Positions 37,701 to 47,740 of a DNA stretch of 64,000 nucleotides are shown here, piece after piece. The stretch lies in the sequence record MN018232.1; one strand, given 5' to 3'. How positions within the stretch are numbered: the stretch's first letter is position 1; the number at the start of each line of letters is the position of its first letter. The translations under genes were made by a program, and so were the position numbers. The notes beneath the pieces were generated by a model. The model had not been told where the DNA came from and made no database searches. It saw only the letters and a list, made by a program, of their open reading frames with translations.

Positions 37701-40700
37701 TCCACCTCTTGGAATCGTTGCCATATTAGGATCAGATTCTGAAGATACACTGTCACCAAGATAGGTGATACTTGTAATACCTGCGGTTTCTAGGAGTGTG
37801 AAGTCACCAGTGGTATTTTGAGCTCCCTGTGGTTCTTGTAAAATGTTAGAGTTAAGAATAATTGCCTGATTAGTTGCAAAACCAGTTACATTATTACCAT
37901 TTTGTACAAGTGAGAAGAACTTAGTTTGACCATTGAACTGACTTTGAATATTGTCAAAAGTGTAATTGGTGCTGTAAGTATCAACAGAATCATCAGTGAT
38001 ACCACTTCTCATAAATGTTCTACCTTGGAAAGTAGAATAAGTTGTGATACCAGACCAGTCAATATTATCAGGACCTTGTGTAGTAGTGCTGAGTGGAGTT
38101 GCGCCGAATGGAGCTTCTACAAAGTGAAGTGTGTTATCGACAATATTGTAATTACCACCAAGAAGTTCAACGGATGTTCCGATGTTGTGTGTGGCAACAC
38201 CAGTACCCATTTGACCTCTCAGAACTCTGAATTTGTTTGTTGCTCCAACACCAACGTCTTGAAGTAACATAATCTCACTATCAATCTTGATAATGTCATT
38301 TGCCTTGAATGATTGAATACCAACAACATCAAAGTCAACATCAAATACGACGTTTTGATCAAGTCTTGTAGATACATTGACTTCAGTTACAGGTGCCTGA
38401 ATCATGTTATCAACAGCAACAAGAGCTCTAGCATTCTGGTTAGTTGCAGTCAACTTATGGAATGTACCAACACCAACAGAAGTCAGATCAAGTGCAATTG
38501 GTGATCCAGCAAGTGCATCAGTTGCACTCTTTGCAAATCCAACAGACTTATTACTGTATTTGATGATGTAGAGTTCAGATGGTAACTTGTCTGTTGACAC
38601 ACCTGAAACAGTTGTCGTTGCAATACCGATAGCATTGGCAGTAGACAACTGTGAGTTCTCATAACTATAATTTACCTTTTCACCAGTGACAAAGAAGTGA
38701 TCTGGAATTGTTACCTGATTTGTTGACAGATTTACAATCGAGGAATCGTTACCAAGGAATGCTCTCTGGAAGATTGGGAGAGTATTATGTTTGAGGTTGA
38801 ATGCTCTCTTCTTATCAAATTCAGTACCAGTATATGTTCCATAATCAGAGAACAGAATGTTATTTTGTAAAGCACTGATTGACGCAATACCAACAATATT
38901 GTTAAAGTTCTTCAGACCAATACCGAAGGTTCTAACAGCTACATCAATACTTGGATTTGGTGTAAACACCAGACTTACTGAGGTACCTGATGTAACAGCA
39001 CCAACTGTTCCTAAACCAGAGTTAGTACCAATACGTCCATACTTAACAATGTTTTGGTTATTGGAGTCAAGAACATGACACTCAAACATCTCATATTCAT
39101 TATTGGTGGTGTCATGGACAGTCACCATGAAGTATTCACCAGCAAATGGATCTTCATATGCTGCAATCTCATTTGCAACTGGAGAACCAGAAGCAGAGAT
39201 TGACTTATAATATGATGAAAGGTTTGTAACACTCATCTCAGTAGTGTTAACACCTACTGCTGTAATATTAGTTTCAATAGAAATGATATTGGCAGTAACT
39301 GCTGTTCCTACAGTCGGTACAATGTTAACATCAATAAATCCTCCACTAATATTTGCTGTGTATGTACCAAACCCAGATGAAATACCCTCAGTAGAATCCA
39401 CATCTCCATATTGAAGAAGTTGTACATTTGTACCATCATGTAATACATTCAATTCAGTGTAGAAGTAGTTGTCTTCGGCATCTTCCAGTTGAACATGAAG
39501 TTTTGCAGATCTACTTACTGTTGGAACTTTTACCAGAGTGGTAGTTGTCGAAACTGGTACAGTTACTGATGATGATGCAATAGAAACAATGTCACCAACT
39601 TGAGTTGAACCAACACTAGTCAGACTTTCAACACCACTAAATGTGAAGTATGAAATATCATAGTTGTTATATTCAAACAGGTTGGGGAAGAATGTAAGAC
39701 CCCACTCACTGGTACCAGCACCGATGTAATCAAACGAACCCAGTGATTTACCCGTGTCGATAGTACCGTATTGATTCACATAACCTGTTGTACCATCTTG
39801 AAGAACAGTTACTACACCGAACTGTTTTCTACTTCTCAGTTCTCTGTCCTGAACCAAAGTAAAGAACTTGTTCCATGCATACTTATTATCAAAGAAATCA
39901 ACGATGGAATACTTTGTTTCTCTTGGATTACTATTAAACTCACCACTAAAGTCATCAATCTTAAGAACTCTGTTACCTCTTGATTCAAAGTAATCTACGA
40001 GAATTTTGTTTTCAAATACAATCTCATTAGAGATGGTTTTACCACCATTAATATCAAGAGTTAATTCAGTAGCACCATCAAAGTCAGGGAAACAATTAAG
40101 CATTCCCTCCCCGATCAGATCAACAACGGTTTCAATCTGGAAATCAACTGCTGAAGCAATACCAGCAGCATTGTTGTCAATAACGAGATCAGCAAACTTC
40201 TCAAAACCTGCAGTGTGGTTCAGTGAACTAACTGCATCATCCCATGTCTCATATGGAACTCTTGATTTGAGTGAATATGAAAAGTTCTGATAATATTCGT
40301 TGTTTGGAATGACTTGAAGATTGTCGTTCAGGAATCCAGAATTGGTCTGCCATCCATCTACGAACGTTGCACCAACACCAAGTCTGATAGTCGAATCAAA
40401 ATCAATATTACTGATAATGTTTGCTTTGTTTCCAGATGATTGGGACTCTAAAATTGTGCCAACTTCAAAATCGTCTTCAGACGAAACAAATAAATAACCA
40501 CTTGTGGCATCAAATCTTTCAACCCTACCAACATAGCCAATATTAGTAACTCTTTCTCCCTCAAAGAAGTTTGTTGTGACGAGTTTTGAATCAAATATTG
40601 GGAAGAATGACTCAGGCGTTACAGAACCAGAAATGGAACTTGTAACTTGACCAGGGAATTCGCCTGGTGCAAGATAATCAGTCAGATTGTATTCAATATA

Positions 40701-43700
40701 CGCATTTGCACCACCAATTTGACTATCGAGTGCAGTTACCTCAAACAACGAATAGTTATAATCTTCAGAGTTGTAACCTCTACCAGTAGTATTGAAACCA
40801 ATTGCAACGTTCTCAACAATTACCTTCTCACCAACTTTAAATGGCCAATCTTTTACTTCACTAAACTGTTTGGAGAAGGTAAGTCTGACAATCTTGTTGG
40901 TCGAGTTATAAGATACAGAACTTATGCTGAAACCATTTGTATTTTGAGTGGGAATAAATGTTGGTGGAACATTATTCAGTGATTTAGTGTTTTCGATAAT
41001 ATTGACTTCATTGTCACCAAGTTCATAATCAAGTTCGATATCAGTGATAACTTGATTAGTAAATCCATCAATAACAATAAGATCAGGTGCCTGGCTGTAG
41101 TTGACACCACCAGATGAAATACCGATTGATTCAAAAGAACCAAGAGGATCTACTCTCAATACCTGTGGTAAATTACCTACAACATTAAGAGTCTTATCGG
41201 ATGGATAACCAAAACCAATGTAGTTGAATTTAGTTCCTAGAACACTACCAATGGTGGTAGAGGATGGTTGAATTAGTGCACCTGTACCATTCTTACTCGT
41301 AACTGAAGAGAAACCTGGGAGAGACTTATACCCTACGCCTTTGTTGAGTGCATTGATCTTGTTGATTGGCCCATTTGCAGTCAATGATGAAGTATCATAC
41401 TTCATAGTTGCATTGGTGGTACCATATGAGACTACAGTGTCGTAGTCAAAAGGAATATTATATTCAAAAGTATCTGATGTAACACCAACTACATTATAAA
41501 TTCCATCAAATTTGTTTTTAGTAAGATTAATACTATTGTTATTGATAACAGTATCATCTTTAAACAATCTCAACTTGACTGGAGGAATAATATCCAAATT
41601 GTCGGGACTGAATCCGTAGTAGAGATTATTTGGAATGTTATCACTCATAAACAGAGTGAGATTTGCAGTAGTATCTACACCAACCACACCAGACTTTGTA
41701 ACCTCAAAGTTTCTATCAGTTCTTGTTGTCCAGAACTCATTGACTTCTTGTGAGTCACTATAGATGAACATATCAAATGCAGAATAAGTAATACCCTTAT
41801 CAACAAATGAAAGTGATGTATCAGATAAATCAAACTTGATGTATTGATTCTTTTGTGCCCTTACTCCAGGGTTGATTTTGGAAAGGGTTCCCGTGGTGGC
41901 AGAACCAACATTCACAAAAGTAGGATTCTCACTCGATAGTTCTGACAGATATTCAACTAGTTTAATCTTATTATTCATATAAGAGTAAACATAATACATC
42001 CCAGATGCGGTCAAATTCTCTGATGGATCACCAGAAGTATAGATAACTTTATCACCTGTAAAATACTTGTTCTCAGGAACGATGAATGTATTGTTATTGG
42101 TATTGATGCCAGCCGGTTCAATAGTGTCAGGATCAAACACAATTCTTCTATTGAAGTCATCATATTTGACTTGAATTGTGGTTGTGGTTGTTGGATTGAC
42201 ATCAATAGTAATGATGTCACCTCTCTTCATACCATGAGTTTGTGCGGTAGATACCGTGACAACGTTTTTTGAGACTCTACCTTTAATTACAGATGTTATG
42301 TTGGTATTGAAGCTATGGTAACTTCCAAGACCTACAGCGGATTCGAAGTATAATAACCCACCCTTCTCGGTGTTAATACCAACATATTGACCAACAGAGT
42401 TCACACCAACTCTTTGAGTTGCGATACCAATAATATCTTTGGATAATGGAACTGCAAAGATATTTCTGGTCTCATCAAGATTAAATGTAGGTGTACTTGT
42501 AATACCACTCCAACACGCAATAGATGTTCCACCATTGGTATAATAAGTCATTGGAGTGTTTAATGACAACTTATGATCTGGGAGATAGATCTGTTGTTGA
42601 TCAACTCTGACCTGTGTTAAACCAACACCTGGATTTGAGAATGTAATTGTAGTCGCAGTACCTACAGTTGATGTACCTACACCAACTGCCTCGTTTGGAG
42701 TAAAGTATAACTGTTTATTAATTGTAAGATTTCTCTGAGTATTGATACCTGTTGAGAGGAATCTGAGTTTTCTAGGATCATCTCTAACAATAGTACCTGC
42801 AGAGTGGGCAACTGCAAGTGTTCCATCAACACCTCTAAGAACTCTGACTCTACCAGATTTTTCATCAATGTTGAGAACTTTTAATTTTTCTCTTTCAATT
42901 CTGAGAATATCATTTGCTCTAATCGAATCCTCACCGAAAGGACCATTCATATAAACGTAGGTCACAATACCAGTGACAGTATCAGTTCCTATTCCTAGTG
43001 ATACATACCATCTTTCACTTGATACACCGACCGAATACGACCCAGCGAATCCTTTGTAGTATGAAGATAACCCATCAATGAAAATTGTATCTAATGGTAA
43101 GAAGTTGTGTGGAGCTGAAGTAATACCAACAAACCCATTAGCACTTCCTGTACTTGTAAACTCCACATTTTCATAAGATGTAGTGGCAAGACTTACACTG
43201 TTTACATTCTTACCCTTAAGTTGAGATACTCTAAAGTTTGCATTTCTACCGCCAGTATTAGTTGAATTGAGTTCAACCCTATCACCAATCTTGTATCCAT
43301 CACCTGGATCCAAAATAGCCATACCATCAACACTACCTGATGATGTTGCAGTAATGTCTAAAGACTGATTTCTAAGTTTGTCTGAATTGTAAATGTAATC
43401 ATATTGACTATTTCCGCCATTTGTGAAATAGTTCTTAGTATTTCTAAACCACCCATCTCCCACAATATTGTAATGAGTTTGATTAGACGCTGACTTGAAG
43501 TTGAATGGAATTGGTAAGGAATTATAATCGTTTCCAATTACATATGGGAACAATGGTCTTCTGTAGTTATTAAATGGACCAGAAGAATCTACAGTATCAG
43601 AGATAGTACAGAAGTATGCATATACACCGTTTGGATAATCTGGTGTTACACAGAAACGACCATTGTGTTCATCAAGATCACCGTCACCAGCATAGATATA

Positions 43701-46700
43701 GTCATCTACAAAGAATCCGTTAGGGAATGCATTGTATGAAGGTCTATTGACAGGAGTATTCTTGAGTTTGTAACTTGTAACCATTCTACGAATGTTACCA
43801 GTTCCATCGATATTATCGAAACCGTATGGACCATAGATTGGATTACCATCGTACGCCCAACCTACGATTGGTGAGTGATACAAACTATCAATTTCTTCTC
43901 CACCAACACTTAAAGTTAAGTCAAAAATACCATATTTGATATTGTCCTCCCCAAAACCATTTAATGAGTTTAGTGACTCTCTTAATGGTCTAGGTGCATA
44001 AACTGCTGCATACTGAAGTGACTTGTTTGAAATGTTCTCCTCAATAATGCAGTCATCATCTTTAAAGTTGGAAAAGTTTCTTTCAAATAGGTTGATATTC
44101 CATCCTCTAATATTTGCCTGAGTTTTTGCACCAGATCCAGCAGGTATTACATCAATTGTGGTCTTACCAGTAACATATCCTGCACCACCTTTTTGAACAT
44201 AGACACTTTCTATCTCACCATTATTAATGATTGGCACTAAGATTGCAAAATTACCTGTCTCACTTACAATGTTGAGATCAGGTGGTGCATTGTAACCAGA
44301 ACCACCTGAGTTTACAATAACCTCAACAATCTTACCATTGTTGATAATTGGTGTTAGTTTTGCTTTTGAACCAGACTCAAAGGTGATTTCGGGTTGTCTT
44401 CTAAAATCAACAATAGTTGATGCACCATAACCAACACCACCATTGGTCAAGTCAATACTTAAGATCTCTCCTCTAAAGACAGGTTGTAGTTTTGCTTCAT
44501 AAAGAAGAATATTACCGATGAATGGATCATCACTAATCAACCAGTTTGCATCAGCACTAACCAAAACATAGTATGGATTTGTGATCTCTGCTTCAGTATC
44601 AGTCCATGCAAGTACTGATACAGGAGTGATAATATTCTCTTCAATTGGTGATTCAATAATATAAAGTTCTTGGAAGTCCTCGACAAAGGTCTTATCGAAC
44701 GATGCTGCTGCACCTTCTACTTCAACAGTGATTGGTGGATAGTTAAATGAACCTACGCCCTGTTTTGTGAAGTTAATACAGATTCCTCTATCATAATAAT
44801 AGTCTCTTTCTACAGATCCAGTACCAACTTCTGTCAGTGCAAATGCATCATCATTAATCTTTTTAACAAAATAATCTTTATCTTCACTCAGACCCTCAAC
44901 TCTTGGAGTTCCTCTTGTATATCTTACAACTTCTTTCGATTTATAACCGTGATTTAAAATTTCAACTCTATCTGATACTGTATTGATACCAGCTGTTGAA
45001 ATAGTTCTCTTTTTGTTTTCGTAACCTACACCAGGATTAGTAACTACAACACTTGATACAACCTGCTTAAGTTCTTTTGCAACAAGATATTGCACACCAT
45101 CACCATAACCTGCTAAATCAACAGTGTTGATACCTGCAAATACATCTCCTTTTGTGGTATGAAGTTGAATACTCTTTTGGCCAGTTACAAATACAAAATA
45201 CTCACCACCAGTATTCAGTCCAACAATACCAGATGTATTTCTTGGTTCATAGATTACACTTTCACCATCTAAGAATTTGTGATCGGTCTCAAATGTAATC
45301 TCATCTGTTGTGAGATTTACATCACTTGGGAAATTGGCGACGAAAGAATTTTCAAGTTTGATTGAAGTCATTCTTGGTTCTGCCTGTGCACCAGAACCAT
45401 TACCACCCTTGATTGTAATCGTTGGTGGTGCATAATAACCCATACCAGGGTCAGTAACATCAAGCTTTACAAGTTGACCTTTTACGTTAGCAACACCTGT
45501 TGCACCAGTTCCTACCTCATCGACAATCTTTACTACTGGTGGATTGATAATATCGTATCCAGTTCCACCACTTGTCATAGTGAAGTCAAGAATATCACCA
45601 TAATAAACACTACTGGATGACTTATAGTTTAACAACTCAAGACCATTAACAAAAATACCTGTATATCCTGAAGTTGTTTTCTCTATTCTCTTTCTATTAG
45701 TAGGACTTAGAATCTTTCTGTAGATACCCTGTGGTTGAATCGTTTTACCATAAAAATCAAGGTAACTTAAAGAAGCATTTACTACAGACCCATTAAATGT
45801 AATATATGATTCTCTTGTAAGGTCTGCATTACTTCTTGCAAGTTTGATTTCACTTTCATTTACTCTGTAGACAAAGTAAGAACCAGTGGTAACTCCATCA
45901 AAACCATTACCTGCAGATTGGAAATATACTGAGTCACCTGTGTAGAAACCGTGATCGGGTAATGATGTTGGGTTAGTTGGTAATGGTAAAATGTCGGTGC
46001 TCAGTAATGATGCAGAGAAAGTTACTTTCTTATCGTAAGTATTTGTCTCAATGTCATTATATTTTGGTAATGAGTTAGATGATATAAGAACATCACCATT
46101 AAACTTTGCATATGTATTCTGTACATTGGCAACAAAATTCTTGATATAAGAATGACTTGTAGACGAACCCTTGAGTAATTGATTCTCAAGATAGAATGTA
46201 CCTGAAAGATTGATCTGTTGTCCGAACCTTACATTAATCTCATTCTCTGATACAATTCTAGTGACTGTTCCGAGGTTTGATACAGTGCCATCTTCGTTTT
46301 CATATCTGAGTTCATACCCCTCTTGGAAGAAGTGATCATTATAAAGTTTAAAGTTATATACGAATGCATCAGCATCAATTACAGAACTTTCAGCAATTTT
46401 AAATTTTGTTTGGACGTTAAGGACATAGTTATTTGCTTTCTTTCCAGGTGCCTCATATCCAAATGATTTAATCTCAATAGTGTCATTCTTTTTGAAGTAA
46501 TATGTTGGATCGTTCTGTACAAAATCCTTCAGGGTAGATGTAAATCTAACCCTGATTTCTTGTGAGGTATCAATACCAACATAGGCATATGAGAAAGAAT
46601 CTAACTTAACGTCAGACTTCTTATTCAATGAATTGGTCAGACCAGATACGTTAAAGAACTGGTTTGTGGTCTTTCCACTATATGCAACACCAATCGCATT

Positions 46701-47729
46701 ACCATCAACATCATTGACGACTAATTTACCATATTCAGGAAAGTCAACGGTTGAATCAACATCAAGAACCGTTGAACCAAAACTTACAGAGGTAAGGAGT
46801 TTTGTAAGGGGGTTAGGTTCAAACTCACCAAAAATAGAACCTGTTACGTCAGTATCTCTTGCAAATCCAGCATCAATACTAATCTGATAGAATTGATAAT
46901 CATCATAAGGAATCTGTTGTACATTAGTTACAGATCCTCTTGCATTCGTTCTCTTTTGGAAGATTGTAAGGTTCTGAAGATCTAATGGATCACCCTGAAG
47001 TTTCTCAACTACAAAGTCTTGAGTTACTCTATAGTTTGCATTAGAGGGAGTCAGAAGGAACTGTGATGGTTTGAGAATCTCTACATCTTCACCATACAGT
47101 GCTCTAAACAAGATTTCAAAGGACTGATCAGTACCCTTTGAAGAATAAAAACTATCTGAGTTGTAGATAAAGTTTTTGGAGTTTAATCCACTATAAAAGT
47201 TGCGATCAGCAAAACCAGGAGTAAACTGTCCCTTAATCTTCTTAAAGAACTGTTTGAGGAAAAGAACGTTCAGGTTGACAACTTCTGTTCCAAGTAAATG
47301 AGTATCTGCTTCAGTCTGAGAGAATGTTAATTCATCTGGTGCACCTGTGGTGACATAGGTGGTGATACCACTGAATCCTCTTCTACAGTTCTGAAACTCA
47401 GTGTCAGTCTTTGTTTCGTAGAATATAATTTCATTATCAATCTGAATGATACCGTTAGTCTCAGAGAAACCTTCTGTCGATACTACAGTAACAAATCTAT
47501 CATTATAATCTAAAATTTCGGCAAGAGTCGTTGATTCGACAATATCGTATAATTCTTCTACCTTTACATACTGGTCAATATTGTTGATGATATCAACAGG
47601 ACCACTTTGGTATTCTTGTGATACGTAATACTGCTCTAAAAAATCCGATAGGAGAGGAAAGTCTTCTCTAACGTATCTGGGAAGTTGACTAGCTACAATT
47701 TCCTGGAATTTGACTCTATCTACTGCCAT
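34716..47729 (-). CDS. g7: Giant baseplate wedge initiator (gp7-like), 4337 aa
   Basis: Between g6 and g8; SQLPRYVRED.P, YSSKGT.QSF.ILFRALYG, many G.GY..P.V repeats, HSPIVGWAYDGNPIYGPYG. Confidence 0.8.
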   Translation of the reverse strand: MAVDRVKFQEIVASQLPRYVREDFPLLSDFLEQYYVSQEYQSGPVDIINNIDQYVKVEELYDIVESTTLAEILDYNDRFVTVVSTEGFSETNGIIQIDNEIIFYETKTDTEFQNCRRGFSGITTYVTTGAPDELTFSQTEADTHLLGTEVVNLNVLFLKQFFKKIKGQFTPGFADRNFYSGLNSKNFIYNSDSFYSSKGTDQSFEILFRALYGEDVEILKPSQFLLTPSNANYRVTQDFVVEKLQGDPLDLQNLTIFQKRTNARGSVTNVQQIPYDDYQFYQISIDAGFARDTDVTGSIFGEFEPNPLTKLLTSVSFGSTVLDVDSTVDFPEYGKLVVNDVDGNAIGVAYSGKTTNQFFNVSGLTNSLNKKSDVKLDSFSYAYVGIDTSQEIRVRFTSTLKDFVQNDPTYYFKKNDTIEIKSFGYEAPGKKANNYVLNVQTKFKIAESSVIDADAFVYNFKLYNDHFFQEGYELRYENEDGTVSNLGTVTRIVSENEINVRFGQQINLSGTFYLENQLLKGSSTSHSYIKNFVANVQNTYAKFNGDVLISSNSLPKYNDIETNTYDKKVTFSASLLSTDILPLPTNPTSLPDHGFYTGDSVYFQSAGNGFDGVTTGSYFVYRVNESEIKLARSNADLTRESYITFNGSVVNASLSYLDFYGKTIQPQGIYRKILSPTNRKRIEKTTSGYTGIFVNGLELLNYKSSSSVYYGDILDFTMTSGGTGYDIINPPVVKIVDEVGTGATGVANVKGQLVKLDVTDPGMGYYAPPTITIKGGNGSGAQAEPRMTSIKLENSFVANFPSDVNLTTDEITFETDHKFLDGESVIYEPRNTSGIVGLNTGGEYFVFVTGQKSIQLHTTKGDVFAGINTVDLAGYGDGVQYLVAKELKQVVSSVVVTNPGVGYENKKRTISTAGINTVSDRVEILNHGYKSKEVVRYTRGTPRVEGLSEDKDYFVKKINDDAFALTEVGTGSVERDYYYDRGICINFTKQGVGSFNYPPITVEVEGAAASFDKTFVEDFQELYIIESPIEENIITPVSVLAWTDTEAEITNPYYVLVSADANWLISDDPFIGNILLYEAKLQPVFRGEILSIDLTNGGVGYGASTIVDFRRQPEITFESGSKAKLTPIINNGKIVEVIVNSGGSGYNAPPDLNIVSETGNFAILVPIINNGEIESVYVQKGGAGYVTGKTTIDVIPAGSGAKTQANIRGWNINLFERNFSNFKDDDCIIEENISNKSLQYAAVYAPRPLRESLNSLNGFGEDNIKYGIFDLTLSVGGEEIDSLYHSPIVGWAYDGNPIYGPYGFDNIDGTGNIRRMVTSYKLKNTPVNRPSYNAFPNGFFVDDYIYAGDGDLDEHNGRFCVTPDYPNGVYAYFCTISDTVDSSGPFNNYRRPLFPYVIGNDYNSLPIPFNFKSASNQTHYNIVGDGWFRNTKNYFTNGGNSQYDYIYNSDKLRNQSLDITATSSGSVDGMAILDPGDGYKIGDRVELNSTNTGGRNANFRVSQLKGKNVNSVSLATTSYENVEFTSTGSANGFVGITSAPHNFLPLDTIFIDGLSSYYKGFAGSYSVGVSSERWYVSLGIGTDTVTGIVTYVYMNGPFGEDSIRANDILRIEREKLKVLNIDEKSGRVRVLRGVDGTLAVAHSAGTIVRDDPRKLRFLSTGINTQRNLTINKQLYFTPNEAVGVGTSTVGTATTITFSNPGVGLTQVRVDQQQIYLPDHKLSLNTPMTYYTNGGTSIACWSGITSTPTFNLDETRNIFAVPLSKDIIGIATQRVGVNSVGQYVGINTEKGGLLYFESAVGLGSYHSFNTNITSVIKGRVSKNVVTVSTAQTHGMKRGDIITIDVNPTTTTTIQVKYDDFNRRIVFDPDTIEPAGINTNNNTFIVPENKYFTGDKVIYTSGDPSENLTASGMYYVYSYMNNKIKLVEYLSELSSENPTFVNVGSATTGTLSKINPGVRAQKNQYIKFDLSDTSLSFVDKGITYSAFDMFIYSDSQEVNEFWTTRTDRNFEVTKSGVVGVDTTANLTLFMSDNIPNNLYYGFSPDNLDIIPPVKLRLFKDDTVINNNSINLTKNKFDGIYNVVGVTSDTFEYNIPFDYDTVVSYGTTNATMKYDTSSLTANGPINKINALNKGVGYKSLPGFSSVTSKNGTGALIQPSSTTIGSVLGTKFNYIGFGYPSDKTLNVVGNLPQVLRVDPLGSFESIGISSGGVNYSQAPDLIVIDGFTNQVITDIELDYELGDNEVNIIENTKSLNNVPPTFIPTQNTNGFSISSVSYNSTNKIVRLTFSKQFSEVKDWPFKVGEKVIVENVAIGFNTTGRGYNSEDYNYSLFEVTALDSQIGGANAYIEYNLTDYLAPGEFPGQVTSSISGSVTPESFFPIFDSKLVTTNFFEGERVTNIGYVGRVERFDATSGYLFVSSEDDFEVGTILESQSSGNKANIISNIDFDSTIRLGVGATFVDGWQTNSGFLNDNLQVIPNNEYYQNFSYSLKSRVPYETWDDAVSSLNHTAGFEKFADLVIDNNAAGIASAVDFQIETVVDLIGEGMLNCFPDFDGATELTLDINGGKTISNEIVFENKILVDYFESRGNRVLKIDDFSGEFNSNPRETKYSIVDFFDNKYAWNKFFTLVQDRELRSRKQFGVVTVLQDGTTGYVNQYGTIDTGKSLGSFDYIGAGTSEWGLTFFPNLFEYNNYDISYFTFSGVESLTSVGSTQVGDIVSIASSSVTVPVSTTTTLVKVPTVSRSAKLHVQLEDAEDNYFYTELNVLHDGTNVQLLQYGDVDSTEGISSGFGTYTANISGGFIDVNIVPTVGTAVTANIISIETNITAVGVNTTEMSVTNLSSYYKSISASGSPVANEIAAYEDPFAGEYFMVTVHDTTNNEYEMFECHVLDSNNQNIVKYGRIGTNSGLGTVGAVTSGTSVSLVFTPNPSIDVAVRTFGIGLKNFNNIVGIASISALQNNILFSDYGTYTGTEFDKKRAFNLKHNTLPIFQRAFLGNDSSIVNLSTNQVTIPDHFFVTGEKVNYSYENSQLSTANAIGIATTTVSGVSTDKLPSELYIIKYSNKSVGFAKSATDALAGSPIALDLTSVGVGTFHKLTATNQNARALVAVDNMIQAPVTEVNVSTRLDQNVVFDVDFDVVGIQSFKANDIIKIDSEIMLLQDVGVGATNKFRVLRGQMGTGVATHNIGTSVELLGGNYNIVDNTLHFVEAPFGATPLSTTTQGPDNIDWSGITTYSTFQGRTFMRSGITDDSVDTYSTNYTFDNIQSQFNGQTKFFSLVQNGNNVTGFATNQAIILNSNILQEPQGAQNTTGDFTLLETAGITSITYLGDSVSSESDPNMATIPRGGTIISVASTPGLGYQPLISAGASCFVSGGGTITSVEIGNPGSGYRVGVQTVNVGYAVSSTGITTVVNIGTATVQNGQVVAITTSYFGANLDQNNPPLIVIDAPLPYSNIPLVYADGQTGMGTGARVDITVGQGSSVVNFDIVSGGFGYGDGEVLRLSIGGTTGIQTDTSYTYDEFQLTVSTTYRDTFNGFTVGELDVFDKLDTLFDGVEKRFPLTIAGAGFAIETADGSDINIAQCLIVTINDILQVPNQSYKFNGGSIIEFTEAPKKGDTSKIIFYKGTPDVDVVLVDILETVKVGDTLQLKNDSTKGQGFGLYQEPRTVVGITTLDTVRTFPYDGPGITTNQALVRPLTWCKQTDDITINGDFVTKDRVEYEPSIYPAAYLTSYVGTSSAVAYTDTVRPFFNSTNETSLLDYQDRIVIIDQSPIASAIATASTGSGVDPEYNNGPIINLVGDGSDLFKREVTVNGVRIVSAGTTGGQIAVPDVWVEKVARMVELFTDVNGAGINETSQRNLIKTLSGDSGTYHAGKPTIQRVARGAGADYTPNFLTDQGIIDWNLTNLFDTTVQNDMVWYLNSTGSGYGDGDQDAQEVIEHVFHTLHMHGLPADTIKLYSYLASDWQTGDLYAAMEEAYDGGFWDSSGYGGNTWKTDADAFEVAAKEYLYLLNFCMFEYTSLWENGSLSPEWSDSMRTQAGIQANNPLGYAFHNTYIAPVISKPSLVTIRSIFQDGNTPAQDDPSLAGASGYVVDNDYGGIITSFTVSNVGAGYSYLTTPSVSVSLPDNPNGTRATGIASVTGDGVVSISVSNAGTGYTQAPSVLIQQPSVRREQIGVSSYFGDLGQIVGYAQSTGALGTLELYIPENSYMRDPNIVGTAVTISQLNTGDYFVVNLSNFGLSTSTSDNIYQVSAAYNSTVDLTSVGLGTTAIRRVEVANVGFGTTVAGFIRGRNLGEYTWGKIQFLNRATTDALEFTPNSYTGITSSPLVQRFRPLKFNNYQT

Positions 47730-47740
47730 TTGTTTTTCTA

